Source: a virus. Taken from it: 53,137 bases of DNA. Under the pieces are notes generated by a model. That model made no database searches. It was not told the DNA's origin and saw only the letters and a program-made list of their open reading frames with translations. Shown here in pieces: positions 14,914-24,565 of the stretch. How positions within the stretch are numbered: position 1 is the stretch's first letter; each line of letters starts with the position of its first letter. Made by a program: the position numbers and the translations under genes. The stretch lies in IMG/VR virus record IMGVR_UViG_3300006226_000002, one strand, 5' to 3'.

Positions 14914-17900
14914 ATGGATTTCTATCAAATCATAGAAAATTGGTCTCAAAGTAAGATGGCAACAGAGATTTATCCGGATTTCATAGTAAAACGTTCAAAG
15001 GATTTGATGATTCGTGGGAGATCATTCTATGCAATATGGGACGCCGAGAATAAAATATGGTCGACCGACGAGTACGACGTTCAAAGATTGGTCGATTCAG
15101 AACTAGAAGATTATAAAAAACTCCAAGAAGAGAAGTACCCAGGACAAAAATATGTTATTAAGCGAATGAGTAACTTCTCATCAAAGATGTGGACAAATTT
15201 TAAAACCTATCTTACGCAGATGTCAGATAACTCCCATCAGCTCGATGAGAACCTAACCTTTGCAAACGATAAGATGAGAAAGATTGACTATATAAGCAGA
15301 TTTCTACCGTACCCATTAGAAAAAGGCGCGTTCGAAGCCTACGACGAAATAATGAGTACTTTATATGACCCTGGAGAGCGTGCGAAGCTTGAATGGGCTA
15401 TAGGCGCAATCGTCGCTGGAGAGGCTAAATATATTCAGAAATTTATTGTGCTATACGGAGAAGCAGGGAGTGGAAAGTCAACCTTTTTAAATATTGTGCA
15501 AAAACTCTTTCCCGGATATTACACGATGTTTGAAGCTAAGGCGTTGACTGGCAGTAATAATACGTTTTCGACGGAACAATTCAAGACTAATCCTTTGATC
15601 GCCATTCAACATGACGGAGACCTCTCGCGAATCGAGGACAACACTAAGTTAAACTCAATAGTTTCCCACGAGGAGATGGCGATGCGAGAGTTGTATAAAC
15701 CGTCATATACAGCTCGCTCGAATGCTTTCTTATTTATGGGTACGAACAAACCTGTAAAGATTACGGATGCGAAATCAGGAATAATACGCAGGCTTATAGA
15801 CGTAAAGCCTAGTGGAAACAAGGTACTTACTCAGCGCTATCATACCTTGATGTCTCAAATCGATTTTGAGCTTGGCGCAATAGCATATCATTGTCTCCAT
15901 GTGTATAGAAGCATGGGTAAAAATTATTATGCGTCTTATAGACCTTTGGAGATGATGTTTCAAACAGACGTGTTCTTTAATTTTGTTGAGGCAAGCTATC
16001 ATGTATTTAAGGAGCAAGATGGAGCTAACCTTAAGCAAGCTTATGATATGTATAAAGTGTATTGCGATGAAGCTCTTGTCGAGTTCAAACTTCCGCGTCA
16101 TAAATTTAGGGAAGAGTTGAAGTCGTATTTCAAAGTGTTTTCTGATTATACCCGCGTTGATGGGAAGCAAATACGCAGCTATTATAGTGGGTTTATTTCT
16201 GATAAGTTTACAGCAAGCGAGCCAGTTAAGGAAGAAAAACCAATCTCACTAGTTCTTGATAGCAATACCTCTATACTTGATGACCTGCTGGCGGATCGTC
16301 CGGCCCAGTACGCAACGGTTGTAAGTGAAATACCAGAGGGTAAATGGGTTGATGTTAAAACAAAACTATCGGATCTAAAAACTAAGGAGCTTCACTATGT
16401 AAAACCCCCTACCCAACATATTGTAATCGACTTCGATTTGAAAAATGGTTCTGGAGAAAAATCTTTAGAATTAAATCTCGAAGCCGCAAGTGCCTGGCCG
16501 TCCACTTATGCTGAGCTTAGCAAAGGGGGGGCCGGTATTCATTTGCATTACATATATGATGGAGATGTAAGTAAACTTAGCCGTGTGTATTCTGATGGAA
16601 TCGAAATCAAAGTATTCACGGGAAAAAGTTCGCTAAGGCGTAGGCTCACTAAATGTAACAACATCCCTGTCGCCACTATAAATAGCGGGCTCCCTTTGAA
16701 AGGAGAAAAACCAGTGATTAATTTTGATACTGTTCAAAGCGAGAAAAGTCTTCGCGATCTCATATCTCGAAATCTCAAGAAAGAGATTCATCCAGGAACA
16801 AAACCAAGTGTCGACTTCATTTGGAAAATTCTCGATGATGCATATAAATCTGGACTTCACTATGATGTTACCGATATGCGTCCGAAAATTCTTTCCTTTG
16901 CAAACAACTCAACAAACCAGTCAGATTACTGTATCAAGCTTGTTAATAAGATGCAGTTCGCCTCCGACGAGATAAGTAGTACTGTTTCGGAATATGATAG
17001 CGAGGAATTAATATTCTTCGATGTTGAAGTATTCCCGAATCTATTTGTTGTTGTCTGGAAGAAAGCCGGCGGGCAGAAAGTCAAGATGTTTAACCCGTCT
17101 CCACAAGATATGGAGGAACTCTTTAAGTTCAGACTCGTTGGATTCAATTGCCGGCGTTATGATAATCATATCTGCTATGCAAGATATATTGGATATGATA
17201 ACAGGAAGCTCTTTGAGCTCAGTCAGAGAATTATCAATAATAGCAGGAATGCGATGTTTGGTGAGGCCTATAATCTGTCTTACACAGATGTCTATGATTT
17301 TGCTTCAGCCGGAAATAAGATGAGTCTTAAAAAATGGGAAATTAAACTAGGGATTCATCATCAAGAGCTTGGTCTTCCCTGGGAAGAGGATGTTCCGGAA
17401 GAGCTATGGGATAAAGTTGCAGATTATTGCGGAAACGATGTTGATGCAACAGAAGCAACCTTCAACCATCTTTCTGGAGACTGGGCAGCTAGGCAAATTC
17501 TTGCGGCACTTAGTGGATTATCTGTTAATGATACCACCAATCAGCATACCATTAAGATTGTATTCGGTGATGAAAAGAAACCACAAAGCCAGTTTGTCTA
17601 CACTGATCTAAGTGAGATGTTCCCCGGATATAAGTTCGAGAATGGAGTTAGTACTTATCGTGGTGTTGTTGTCGGCGAGGGTGGCCGAGTCTATGCAGAA
17701 CCAGGAATGTACACCAACACTCCGGTTCTTGACGCAGTATCCATGCATCCAACAAGTATTGAGCAGCTAAATTTGTTTGGTCCTTATACCAAGAATTTCA
17801 GCGATCTTAAGCTTGGTCGAGTTTCAATCAAGCATAAGGATTATGAGACATTAAAAACCCTGCTCAATGGTAAACTTGTCCCCTTCATCGAAGATGCTCT

Positions 17901-18909
17901 CGGACAGAATCCGAAATTCACCCTCAAAGATGTCTCAAACGGACTCAAAACAGCAATTAATTCAGTATACGGACTTACCTCGGCAAGCTTTGAGAATCCA
18001 TTCAGAGACCCTAGGAACATTGACAACATCGTTGCTAAACGCGGAGCTCTATTTATGGTGGATCTTCAATTCGCAGTTCAGGAGAAGGGGTTTACAGTTG
18101 CTCACATCAAGACCGACTCCATCAAGATTCCCGATGCGACTCCAGAAATTATTGAGTTCGTTTATGAGTTCGGTAAGAAGTATGGGTATGAGTTTGAGCA
18201 TGAGGAAACATATGAGAAATTCTGTCTAGTAAACGATGCGGTCTATATTGCAAAAATTGGTTGGCATGCCGAAAAGGAATTTATTGGAACATGGACTGCT
18301 ACAGGAGCGCAATTTGCGCAGCCATATGTATTTAAAACTTTATTCTCTCATGAGCCCATAGTGTTTGGTGATATGTGCGAGACTAAAACCGTTACCTCGG
18401 CATTGTATCTCGACATGAACGAAGGTCTTGGAGAGGATGAACATAACTATCACTTCGTTGGTAAAGCCGGTTCATTCTGTCCGATTAAGCCAGGATGTGG
18501 CGGTGGACTTCTTCTTCGTGAGAAGGATGGAAAATACTATGCCGCTACAGGAAGTAAGGGTTATCGATGGCTTGAAGCAGAGATGGTTTCAAATCTTGGG
18601 AAGGAGGACGATATAGACCGCAATTACTACATTGGTCTAGTCGACTCTGCTGTCAAAGATATTTCTGTATTCGGAGACATTGAATGGTTCATCGGGGACA
18701 AAGAGATAGAGATCGATTATCCAATCGGCTTCAACGATACTCCTCCATGTGGTAATACCATAACTTGTTTGGAATGTTCGTTAAGTCCGGAATGTGCCTT
18801 GTATGAAAAGATGCTCTTAGACTGCTCGGATAAAGAGGAGCCTAAGCGAATGTATCCTTCTTGTGAAGAATGCCCTCATTTAGTTTCATGTCCAGGTCTA
18901 CCATTTTAA
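14914..18909 (+). CDS. Fusion replicase: SF3/P4-type helicase, AEP primase-like domain, and family-B DNA polymerase with 3'-5' exonuclease
   Basis: Walker A YGEAGSGKST (about 15457). AEP-like IVIDFD and GGAGIHLHY (about 16420-16550). Exo I FFDVEVFPN, Exo II RRYDNH, Exo III YCGNDVD. PolB motifs: A LDAVSMHPTS, B KTAINSVYG, C HIKTDSI. Cys-rich C-terminus. Confidence 0.8.
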   Translation: MDFYQIIENWSQSKMATEIYPDFIVKRSKDLMIRGRSFYAIWDAENKIWSTDEYDVQRLVDSELEDYKKLQEEKYPGQKYVIKRMSNFSSKMWTNFKTYLTQMSDNSHQLDENLTFANDKMRKIDYISRFLPYPLEKGAFEAYDEIMSTLYDPGERAKLEWAIGAIVAGEAKYIQKFIVLYGEAGSGKSTFLNIVQKLFPGYYTMFEAKALTGSNNTFSTEQFKTNPLIAIQHDGDLSRIEDNTKLNSIVSHEEMAMRELYKPSYTARSNAFLFMGTNKPVKITDAKSGIIRRLIDVKPSGNKVLTQRYHTLMSQIDFELGAIAYHCLHVYRSMGKNYYASYRPLEMMFQTDVFFNFVEASYHVFKEQDGANLKQAYDMYKVYCDEALVEFKLPRHKFREELKSYFKVFSDYTRVDGKQIRSYYSGFISDKFTASEPVKEEKPISLVLDSNTSILDDLLADRPAQYATVVSEIPEGKWVDVKTKLSDLKTKELHYVKPPTQHIVIDFDLKNGSGEKSLELNLEAASAWPSTYAELSKGGAGIHLHYIYDGDVSKLSRVYSDGIEIKVFTGKSSLRRRLTKCNNIPVATINSGLPLKGEKPVINFDTVQSEKSLRDLISRNLKKEIHPGTKPSVDFIWKILDDAYKSGLHYDVTDMRPKILSFANNSTNQSDYCIKLVNKMQFASDEISSTVSEYDSEELIFFDVEVFPNLFVVVWKKAGGQKVKMFNPSPQDMEELFKFRLVGFNCRRYDNHICYARYIGYDNRKLFELSQRIINNSRNAMFGEAYNLSYTDVYDFASAGNKMSLKKWEIKLGIHHQELGLPWEEDVPEELWDKVADYCGNDVDATEATFNHLSGDWAARQILAALSGLSVNDTTNQHTIKIVFGDEKKPQSQFVYTDLSEMFPGYKFENGVSTYRGVVVGEGGRVYAEPGMYTNTPVLDAVSMHPTSIEQLNLFGPYTKNFSDLKLGRVSIKHKDYETLKTLLNGKLVPFIEDALGQNPKFTLKDVSNGLKTAINSVYGLTSASFENPFRDPRNIDNIVAKRGALFMVDLQFAVQEKGFTVAHIKTDSIKIPDATPEIIEFVYEFGKKYGYEFEHEETYEKFCLVNDAVYIAKIGWHAEKEFIGTWTATGAQFAQPYVFKTLFSHEPIVFGDMCETKTVTSALYLDMNEGLGEDEHNYHFVGKAGSFCPIKPGCGGGLLLREKDGKYYAATGSKGYRWLEAEMVSNLGKEDDIDRNYYIGLVDSAVKDISVFGDIEWFIGDKEIEIDYPIGFNDTPPCGNTITCLECSLSPECALYEKMLLDCSDKEEPKRMYPSCEECPHLVSCPGLPF

Positions 18910-18930
18910 ATATTGAAAGGAGATACAATC

Positions 18931-19419
18931 ATGGTTAAAAACAATATCGTACTCGAGGGAGCTCGCATTGGTTTTCGCAACTTCAGTGGAAAAGAGGGGA
19001 AATTTAATCCCGCCGGAAGGCGTAACTTCTGCGTCTTCCTAGAAGAAGATCTTGCTAAAGCTCTTGAAGAAGATGGTTGGAATGTCCGTTGGCTTCAACC
19101 AAGAGATGAGCAAGAAGAGCCTCAGGGATATATTCAAGTAGCTGTCAGCTATGACAATATTCCTCCGAAAATAATTTTAATTACCTCTAGAGGAAAGACG
19201 ACGCTTGATGATGAGTCCATATCACTATTAGATTGGGCCGAAATCACAGACGTCGATCTTATCATTCGCCCGTATAATTGGGACGTCAACGGTAAGTCCG
19301 GAGTTAAGGCGTATGTAAAATCGATGTACATAACTCTCGCCGAAGATGAATTCGAGAAGAAGTACTACGATGTTCCCGACAGCGCCGAAAATCTTATCGG
19401 AGAACAAGATGGCGATTGA
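18931..19419 (+). CDS. Putative ssDNA-binding protein with an acidic C-terminal tail
   Basis: It sits between the polymerase and the helicase. Acidic tail EDEFEKKYYDVPDS..EQDGD. The fold is not verified. Confidence 0.4.
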   Translation: MVKNNIVLEGARIGFRNFSGKEGKFNPAGRRNFCVFLEEDLAKALEEDGWNVRWLQPRDEQEEPQGYIQVAVSYDNIPPKIILITSRGKTTLDDESISLLDWAEITDVDLIIRPYNWDVNGKSGVKAYVKSMYITLAEDEFEKKYYDVPDSAENLIGEQDGD

Positions 19420-20632
19420 GCTTTATGAGCATCAAAAAATCGCTATAGAGAAGCTGAAGACCGGCTCCATCCTATGTGGTGGGGTCGGCTCCGGCAAATC
19501 TCGCACCGCACTTGCTTATTATTTTATAAAGGAATGTGATGGTAAAATTAAAATAAATAACACGGGTGGATACTCCGCGATGAAGAAGCCTAAAGATCTT
19601 TATATTATTACTACGGCTAGAAAGCGTGATGAGCTCGATTGGGAACGAGAGTGTTGTCCCTTTCTCCTCTCAACAAATAAAGAGGTTAACATTGACGGAG
19701 TTGGCGTTGTAGTTGATTCTTGGAATAATATCAATAAATACAAAGATGTAAAACATGCCTTTTTTATTTTCGATGAGCAGCGAGTTGTCGGATCTGGCGC
19801 TTGGGTAAAATCATTTCTTAGAATTTGTCAAAGTAATAATTGGATTTTACTAACCGCCACACCAGGGGATACTTGGACTGACTATATACCGGTTTTCATA
19901 GCAAATAGATTCTATAAAAATAGAACCGAATTTATTCGCCGACATGTGGTGTATAGTAACTTCTCCAAGTTTCCAAAGATAGACCGTTATGTTGAAGTAA
20001 CAAGGCTTGTTCGCTTTCGTGACCAAATAATTGTTAATATGCGTTTTAAAAAGAACACCATAGCTCATGATAAAACTATTATTACTGAATTTGATAGAGA
20101 TCTTTTTAATGTGGCCATGGTAAAAAGATGGCATCCTTATGAAAATCGCCCAATCAAAGATATCAGTGAACTATGTTATGTATTACGGCGTATTGTTAAT
20201 ACCGATCCGTCAAGACTTGGAGCTATAAGGGCGCTCTCTGAAAAACATCCTCGTCTTATAATATTTTATAACTTTAATTATGAATTAGATCTTCTTCTCA
20301 AATTAGGAAAGGAGTTGAATATACCAACGACCCAATGGAACGGCCATAAGCATGAACAAATTCCAGTTACAGAATCTTGGTTGTATTTAGTTCAATATAT
20401 GGCTGGAGCAGAAGCATGGGAATGCATTGAAACAGATGCGATGATATTTTATTCGCAAAACTATTCTTATAAAATGATGATTCAAGCAGCAGGAAGAATT
20501 GATCGGATGAACACTCCATTCACCAATTTATATTATTACTATCTTCGATCTATGTCGGTCATAGATTTAGCAATTCAAAAAGCACTGAAAAATAAACGCA
20601 GTTTTAATGAGCATCGCTTTCTTAATGTTTAA
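19409..20632 (+). CDS. SF2 (DEAD/SNF2-like) helicase
   Basis: YEHQ..A, GGVGSGKS (Walker A), FIFDEQR (DExx), LLTATPG. Confidence 0.7.
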   Translation: MAIELYEHQKIAIEKLKTGSILCGGVGSGKSRTALAYYFIKECDGKIKINNTGGYSAMKKPKDLYIITTARKRDELDWERECCPFLLSTNKEVNIDGVGVVVDSWNNINKYKDVKHAFFIFDEQRVVGSGAWVKSFLRICQSNNWILLTATPGDTWTDYIPVFIANRFYKNRTEFIRRHVVYSNFSKFPKIDRYVEVTRLVRFRDQIIVNMRFKKNTIAHDKTIITEFDRDLFNVAMVKRWHPYENRPIKDISELCYVLRRIVNTDPSRLGAIRALSEKHPRLIIFYNFNYELDLLLKLGKELNIPTTQWNGHKHEQIPVTESWLYLVQYMAGAEAWECIETDAMIFYSQNYSYKMMIQAAGRIDRMNTPFTNLYYYYLRSMSVIDLAIQKALKNKRSFNEHRFLNV

Positions 20633-20718
20633 GGCTTCGCATCGAGAACATACGGTATAATAGAGGAGAATGGGTATGTATTCATACTCTTTTATTTTTT
20701 CGAGAGGAGGCCGCCCAA

Positions 20719-21036
20719 ATGTTAGAGAGCGTATTTCAATCTAAATTGATAGGCGAACTTGAAGCTCTTTTTCCTGGTTGTATTGTTTTAAAAAATGATG
20801 CGAACTATCTTCAGGGATTCCCAGACTTAACAATCCTCTATAAGAATAAATGGGCGGTCCTAGAATGTAAAAAGAGTAAAGATGCAGAACATCAGCCAAA
20901 TCAAGATCATTATGTTGATATGCTTGATGAGATGTCATTTTCGAGATTCATCTATCCTGCAAATAAAGAGGAGGTACTAGATGAACTTCAACAGACATTC
21001 ACGCCTCGAAGGTCTTCACGCATTTCTGAGCGCTAG
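20719..21036 (+). CDS. VRR-NUC/PD-(D/E)xK-type nuclease
   Basis: GFPDL...AVLECK matches the PD-(D/E)xK arrangement. Confidence 0.55.
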   Translation: MLESVFQSKLIGELEALFPGCIVLKNDANYLQGFPDLTILYKNKWAVLECKKSKDAEHQPNQDHYVDMLDEMSFSRFIYPANKEEVLDELQQTFTPRRSSRISER

Positions 21037-21535
21037 TAAATATCATTGGATAAATTACGATGAGGACAAGCTGGTTGCTACATATTCAAAGTATATGGCC
21101 GCTCAGAAAGGAACTGAACTTCATGAATTAGCCCATAGGCTGATCCAACTTGGGGTAAAGCTTCCGAGAAAGAATCAAACTTTGAATCTTTATGTGAATG
21201 ACGCTATAGGGTTCAAAATGCAGACCGAGCAAATTCTGTATTATTCGGATAATTGTTTTGGAACTGCAGATTCGATTTCCTTCCGAAAAAATATGCTACG
21301 AATCCACGACTATAAGTCAGGATCAACCCCTGCATCCCTAAAACAATTAGAGGTTTATGCGGCATTGTTCTGTTTAGAATATAATGTCAAGCCAATAGAC
21401 ATTGATTGTGAACTTCGTTTGTATCAGTTAGATGAAGTTCTTGTTCATCATCCGGAACCAGAAGTTATATTTAACATTATGGACAAAATCATTGCTTTTG
21501 ATAAAAGGATAGACCAAATAAGAGCAGGAGGGTAA
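20981..21535 (+). CDS. PD-(D/E)xK (Cas4/RecB-like) nuclease-like protein
   Basis: GTADSISF..LRIHDYKSG. Strong AGAGGAGG RBS. Confidence 0.5.
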   Translation: MNFNRHSRLEGLHAFLSASKYHWINYDEDKLVATYSKYMAAQKGTELHELAHRLIQLGVKLPRKNQTLNLYVNDAIGFKMQTEQILYYSDNCFGTADSISFRKNMLRIHDYKSGSTPASLKQLEVYAALFCLEYNVKPIDIDCELRLYQLDEVLVHHPEPEVIFNIMDKIIAFDKRIDQIRAGG

Positions 21536-21538
21536 GTC

Positions 21539-24181
21539 ATGAGGTCAGAACTAAAGCACTACGGAATGCCAAGACGCTCAGGCAGATACCCTTGGGGCTC
21601 TGGTAAAGACCCTTTTCAAAGCGCTATCGGATTCCTTGGAATTGTGGATGAATTACGGAAGCAAGGTCTTAGCGAAGTTGAAATTGCTAGAGGGCTTGGC
21701 ATAACAACGTCACAATTGCGTGCTCGTAAATCTTTAGCTAAAGAAGAAGTTAGGGCTGCGAATGTAGCCATGGCAATAAGGCTTCAAGAAAAAGGAATGT
21801 CGAACGTAGCCATTGGAGAGCGGATGGGTATCAATGAGTCTTCTGTTCGAAGTTTACTTGACCCAGCCAAAGCCGAAAGAGCAGCAATAACGCAAGCGAC
21901 ATCTAATATGCTAAAAGAGAGCGTTTCGAAATTTGGCTATATTGATGTTGGAACTGGCGTTGAAAACCATGTTGGTGTTAGTCGGACAAAGCTTAATACG
22001 GCCATAGAAGAGCTCCGTGAGCAAGGATACAAAATTCATTATGTTAAAGTTGAGCAGTTAGGTATTCCTGGCCAATTTACTTCCGTAAAAGTTTTAGCTG
22101 GACCAGATAGCACTTATTCCGAAGTTTTTAACAATAAGGATCTTATTCAACCAATAATGGGTCGCTCTGAAGATTTTGGAAGAACCTACTCCGATCTTGG
22201 TTTAAAACCCATTCAATCTGTTAAAAGCGATACCGTTATGGTCAGATACGGAGAAGAAGGAAAAGCAAAAGATGGCGTAATTGAGCTCCGCAGAGGAGTA
22301 GACGAATTAAATCTTGGAGATTCAAAATATGCTCAAGTTCGTATCGGGGTTGATGGTACACACTATCTAAAAGGCATGGCAATATATTCTGATGATATGC
22401 CTGATGGCGTAAATATCATTTTTAACACAAATAAGAATGATACTGGCATAAAGACCGATGCCATGAAAGTAATGAAGGATGATCCAGATAATCCTTTTGG
22501 TTCAACTATAAAAGTGGATGGCCAAAAAGGAGCCTTAAACATCGTTAATGAAGAAGGTGACTGGAACAACTGGTCTAAAACAATATCCTCCCAGGTTATG
22601 TCAAAGCAATCCCCCGCTTTAGCAAAACAGCAATTAGAATTAGCATATCAGCTTAAAAAGGAAGAATATCAAGAAATATCATCCTTGACTAATCCAGCGG
22701 TTAGAAAACAGCTTCTAATTTCTTTTGCCGATGATTGTGACGCTGCTGCCGTTCATTTAAAAGCAGCCGCACTTCCTCGTCAATCTACAAAAGTAATTCT
22801 TCCAGTTACGGATTTAAAAGAAGGAGAAATATATGCTCCAAGCTATAGAGATGGTGAAAACGTAGTATTAATTCGCCATCCGCATGGAGGAACTTTTGAA
22901 ATTCCGCAACTGACGGTAAATAACAAATCTCCATCAGCCCAAGCCATAATGAAAAATGCTCAAGATGCTGTAGGTATAAACCCTAAAGTTGCTCAAAAGC
23001 TTTCAGGTGCGGATTTCGATGGAGACACAGTAATTGTTATTCCAAACCCGACAGGTGCTATTCGAACCCAAGCATCCCTTAAAGGGCTACAGAATTTTGA
23101 TCCCATTGAATCCTATCCTGCTTATGAGGGAATGCCAAGAATTAAACCTCAAACAATGCAGACCAAGATGGGAGAGGTCTCTAACCTCATAACTGATATG
23201 ACAATTAAAGGGGCCAATGTTGATGAGATTGCACGCGCTGTTCGACATTCGATGGTGATTATAGATTCTGAAAAGCATCATCTAAACTATAAGCAGTCAT
23301 ACATCGACAATGGTATAGCCTCTCTTGCCGAGAAGTATCAAGGTAGCGCCAGAGGTGGGGCCTCCACAATCATCTCCAAGGCATCATCAGAGATTCGCGT
23401 TCCTGAAAGGAAGAGTAGAATCGATGTAGATCCTCAGACAGGACAGAAAATTCACACCGAAACGGGAGCTACTTATGTGGATTCCAATGGACAAACAGTA
23501 GCTAGAACCACCCGATCCACCAAGATGGCAGAGGCTACATGGAACCCAAGGACAGGGGCCTTAGAGGTAAATGGGAAACCTATGTCGTCAGGGACCCCCA
23601 TGGAAAGTGTATATGAGAACCATGCCCGTCAATTAAAGGCCTTGGCTAATACGGCTAGGAAAGAAGCAGTGTCGACGCAAACTATACCATACAGCCCCTC
23701 AGCACGGAACGCCTATGCCCAGGAGGTTAGCACCCTTAATGCAAAACTCAATGTTGCCCAGAAGAACCGGCCTCTGGAGAGGCAGGCTCAAATAATTGCT
23801 AACGCCGTGGTCACTAAGAAAGTACAGGCCAATCCTGGCATGGATAAGGATGATATCACCAAAGTTAAGAATCAGGCCCTAGCCGAAGCAAGAACCCGTA
23901 CCGGGGCTAACAGAAAAGAGAGTCGGGTAGACATAGCTCCTAAGGAATGGGAAGCTATACAGGCCGGTGCCGTTAGTAATAACATGCTGACCCAGATACT
24001 TAACAACACCAACCTTGACACTGTTAAACAGTACGCCACGCCTAGAAGAGAAAGCGCATCGCTCTCAAGCTCTAAGATTAAACGAGCTCAGGCAATGTTA
24101 AACTCTGGTTACACACAAGCCGAAGTTGCTCAAGCTCTTGGCGTTTCTGTGTCAGCTTTAGTGAATGAACTATACAAATGA
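21539..24181 (+). CDS. Single-chain two-barrel RNA polymerase-like protein (YonO/QDE-1-like) with HTH modules
   Basis: Beta-like segment GDSK..HYLKGMAIYSDDMPDGVNIIFN (22316-22426). Beta'-like segment VVLIRHPHGG..SGADFDGDTVIVIP, with DFDGD at 23012-23026. HTH-like segments near both termini. Confidence 0.65.
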   Translation: MRSELKHYGMPRRSGRYPWGSGKDPFQSAIGFLGIVDELRKQGLSEVEIARGLGITTSQLRARKSLAKEEVRAANVAMAIRLQEKGMSNVAIGERMGINESSVRSLLDPAKAERAAITQATSNMLKESVSKFGYIDVGTGVENHVGVSRTKLNTAIEELREQGYKIHYVKVEQLGIPGQFTSVKVLAGPDSTYSEVFNNKDLIQPIMGRSEDFGRTYSDLGLKPIQSVKSDTVMVRYGEEGKAKDGVIELRRGVDELNLGDSKYAQVRIGVDGTHYLKGMAIYSDDMPDGVNIIFNTNKNDTGIKTDAMKVMKDDPDNPFGSTIKVDGQKGALNIVNEEGDWNNWSKTISSQVMSKQSPALAKQQLELAYQLKKEEYQEISSLTNPAVRKQLLISFADDCDAAAVHLKAAALPRQSTKVILPVTDLKEGEIYAPSYRDGENVVLIRHPHGGTFEIPQLTVNNKSPSAQAIMKNAQDAVGINPKVAQKLSGADFDGDTVIVIPNPTGAIRTQASLKGLQNFDPIESYPAYEGMPRIKPQTMQTKMGEVSNLITDMTIKGANVDEIARAVRHSMVIIDSEKHHLNYKQSYIDNGIASLAEKYQGSARGGASTIISKASSEIRVPERKSRIDVDPQTGQKIHTETGATYVDSNGQTVARTTRSTKMAEATWNPRTGALEVNGKPMSSGTPMESVYENHARQLKALANTARKEAVSTQTIPYSPSARNAYAQEVSTLNAKLNVAQKNRPLERQAQIIANAVVTKKVQANPGMDKDDITKVKNQALAEARTRTGANRKESRVDIAPKEWEAIQAGAVSNNMLTQILNNTNLDTVKQYATPRRESASLSSSKIKRAQAMLNSGYTQAEVAQALGVSVSALVNELYK

Positions 24182-24194
24182 AAGGAGAAACGCA

Positions 24195-24323
24195 ATGCGT
24201 AACAAAAGTTTGTCCGTTCTTGAACACTTACACAACAAGTCGTTTAAATACTCCTTTCATGGTGGTAGTTCCGACACAGTGATGTTAGGTGTACAGGCGA
24301 CATGGGAAGGAGGAGAGGGTTAA
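24195..24323 (+). CDS. 42-aa ORF (below the ORF-track cutoff)
   Basis: AAAGGAGAAA RBS. TAATG overlap with the next ORF. Confidence 0.35.
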   Translation: MRNKSLSVLEHLHNKSFKYSFHGGSSDTVMLGVQATWEGGEG

Positions 24324-24565
24324 TGCGGGAGGCAATGCTAACCACGGCTGACAACCCTTTTGATCCTTTTACACAATTCGATTCTTGGTTTGCTTTTGAT
24401 TCATCAAAGAATTACAATTCGTGTTCTTACTTAGCAAGAATTGCAAAAACTTCTGATGAATTAAGCGATGCTGATAATGCTATCGCCATCGAGCAAGCCA
24501 TCGATGAGATTGTCCAATTGAATCTTCTTGGAAACTACGTTAAAGTCACAAGAAAAGTTGGTTGA
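24323..24565 (+). CDS. Hypothetical protein
   Basis: ATG 24323 follows GGAAGGAGGAGAGGG. Confidence 0.5.
   Translation: MREAMLTTADNPFDPFTQFDSWFAFDSSKNYNSCSYLARIAKTSDELSDADNAIAIEQAIDEIVQLNLLGNYVKVTRKVG

Noticed and set aside
20633-20718. TATAAT plus a small hairpin (GTATG-TATT-CATAC, then a T-run) between the helicase and nuclease genes, as a possible small RNA.
   Set aside because: It is most simply the helicase operon terminator followed by the next RBS. It is too short and unconserved within the window to call an ncRNA.
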